DNA of 62,647 nucleotides, filler included, from Reclinomonas americana ATCC 50394 (Eukaryota): NCBI GenBank assembly GCA_048213135.1. It is 39 parts of 39 records of this genome, joined end to end, with 100 filler letters (N's around TTAATTAATTAA, not from the genome) between each part and the next. Parts side by side here need not be neighbours in the genome. Positions count along the whole stretch, not along the records: positions 61,161 to 62,647 come from AFZH01025531.1; 38 more parts are not named here. One strand, 5' to 3'. Shown piece by piece: positions 61,161 to 62,647 of this stretch (position 1 is its first letter; each line of letters starts with the position of its first letter). The notes under the pieces were generated by a model. It saw only the letters and a program-made list of their open reading frames with translations, ran no database searches and was not told where the DNA came from. The position numbers and the translations under genes were made by a program.

Positions 61161-62647
61161 ACTGCCACTGCCACCAGCAGGAGCATCGCCGTCTCCGGTG
61201 TCACTGCCACTGCCACTGCCACTGCCACTGCCGGCACTGCCACTGCGCATGCCGCCAGCATCGCCGTCTCCATCTCCAGTGTCCATGGCAGTGCTGCTGA
61301 GACGGCGTCGATGCTTGTCGAGGTAGTCCTTTTCCACTTGGAGAGCGGCTTCGGCGTGAACGAGACGCTCAGCAAGCCATTGTCCGGCCTCCGACGTGGA
61401 CCACGCGCCGCGGCCACTGGCACGCGCGCCGAGTGGGCAAGGCAGCGGTGCCTTCTTCTTCTCCTCCTTCTTCTCCTCCTTCTTCTCCTCCTTCTTCTCC
61501 TCCTCCACCTGCTTGTGCTCCTTCTCCACTTCTTCCATCTCCTCATCTTGCTCATCCTGCAATGGCAAGAGAGACGTGTCAGCAATCGAGAAGAGTGGCA
61601 CAACGTCAACGTGACAACTTGCCACATGTGCGCACGCAACAGAGATCGGGAGGTCGCTGGCACGGGTTGGTTGTGGGTCATCTTCTTGCATCTCGACCAC
61701 GACCTCCTCCTCTCCTTCTTTCGTGGCAACCATTTCCTCCTCGCCGTCCGCCTCCATCGCCACTACCTCGTCAGCGGCAGAATCCACTTCCTGCGCACAC
61801 ACAGCGTCAGAGTGGTGGTCAAAGCAAAGAGAACACCAATCACGCATGCATTGTCAACATGCATGCCTCCTCCTGCTGTGTTCTCGAATCAAGAGCCATG
61901 GCGAGCGAACCATTGCCATGCCTTCCATCGAAAGTCACGCGCACGCCCTCCAACACCAGAGAGTGAACCAAACGAATCGCACGGGAAACTGTCCACAGGA
62001 CGAATATCAAAATTGATCATGAATACGTTCGCGAAGACAAGACTGCATGACATGCACGCGTGTGAACACACGTACCGTCTCGTTGATCGTCGCGGGTGCT
62101 GGAAACGGCGTCACTCGGTTGTGGTGCGGCCGCCGGACGCGGCTTTCGCAAGTAGTCAGACGCGAGAAGCTGAAGTTCCTGTGCCGCAGCTGGTTGATCG
62201 GCAGGGCGAGCACGCCGCATGCTCTCTAGTTGCTGTTTCCAGGCAGTGCCGCACCGCATTTCCGAGTCCGCTGTGGCATGTTTCACCGACGACCGCAAGT
62301 ATTGGACACTCAGCTCTGCTGAGAAGGCAAGGCTGTCAATTCGAAAGCCGAGCATTTCGCGCCCGTCTCTCCTTCTTCTCGGTTCGATTAGATACCGCGC
62401 GAAGCACAGCAAACGACGCTTGTCAACATTGGATATCAGTCGTGACACTGAGTGGACAAGCTTAGTGAGTGAATGATCACATCGTCGTATATATACGTAG
62501 CAATGGAGCGCTTCGTGTCGTGCGTACCATCAGTGATAGTGAAGCCAGCTGCAGTGGAACCTGCTGGACCATACTGCTGGCCCAGCAAGCGAGCATTCCG
62601 CCGGTCACACGCGCAAACTACTCGACAACAGATATGCATATGAGAAC
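61161..62647 (-). CDS. Uncharacterised spliced gene with E/K-rich and GS-repeat low-complexity segments
   Basis: EEKKEEKKEEKK and GSGSGSGS runs within exons flanked by GT-AG introns. Confidence 0.4.

Overview
This window is not a contiguous locus. It is a pseudo-molecule of 39 unrelated contigs of about 1.5 kb, in roughly decreasing length order, joined by an artificial 100-bp spacer (44 N + TTAATTAATTAA + 44 N, stops in all frames). Nothing can be inferred from adjacency across spacers. About 34 contigs come from a GC-rich unicellular eukaryote with short GT-AG introns and abundant (GA)n/(CA)n microsatellites. Recognisable host gene fragments include VPS13, SEC3/EXOC1, COG6, an Ariadne RBR ligase, MMACHC, Roadblock/LC7, kinases, an SDR, and WD40/TPR/NHL/BNR repeat proteins. 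Three contigs are high-GC actinobacterial-style sugar-utilisation genes (19477-20994, 42003-43502, 43603-45101). One is a bacterial defence fragment: hsdS, a NucS-like nuclease, and an Mrr_N domain (14619-16138). One is a compositionally alien AT-rich, intronless contig (56372-57868) whose truncated first gene, absent from the ORF track, reads like the C-terminus of a minor capsid (penton) protein of Polinton-like viruses, virophages or giant viruses. The best leads are (i) that viral fragment, (ii) a spliced eukaryotic gene fusing an OTU1/YOD1-like C-terminus and zinc finger to a NADAR domain, (iii) the type I RM-linked nuclease/Mrr cassette and (iv) a WD40 family with a shared unnamed C-terminal tail. 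Many frameshifts sit in homopolymers and are probably sequencing errors. All family assignments are by-eye motif recognition; no searches were run.
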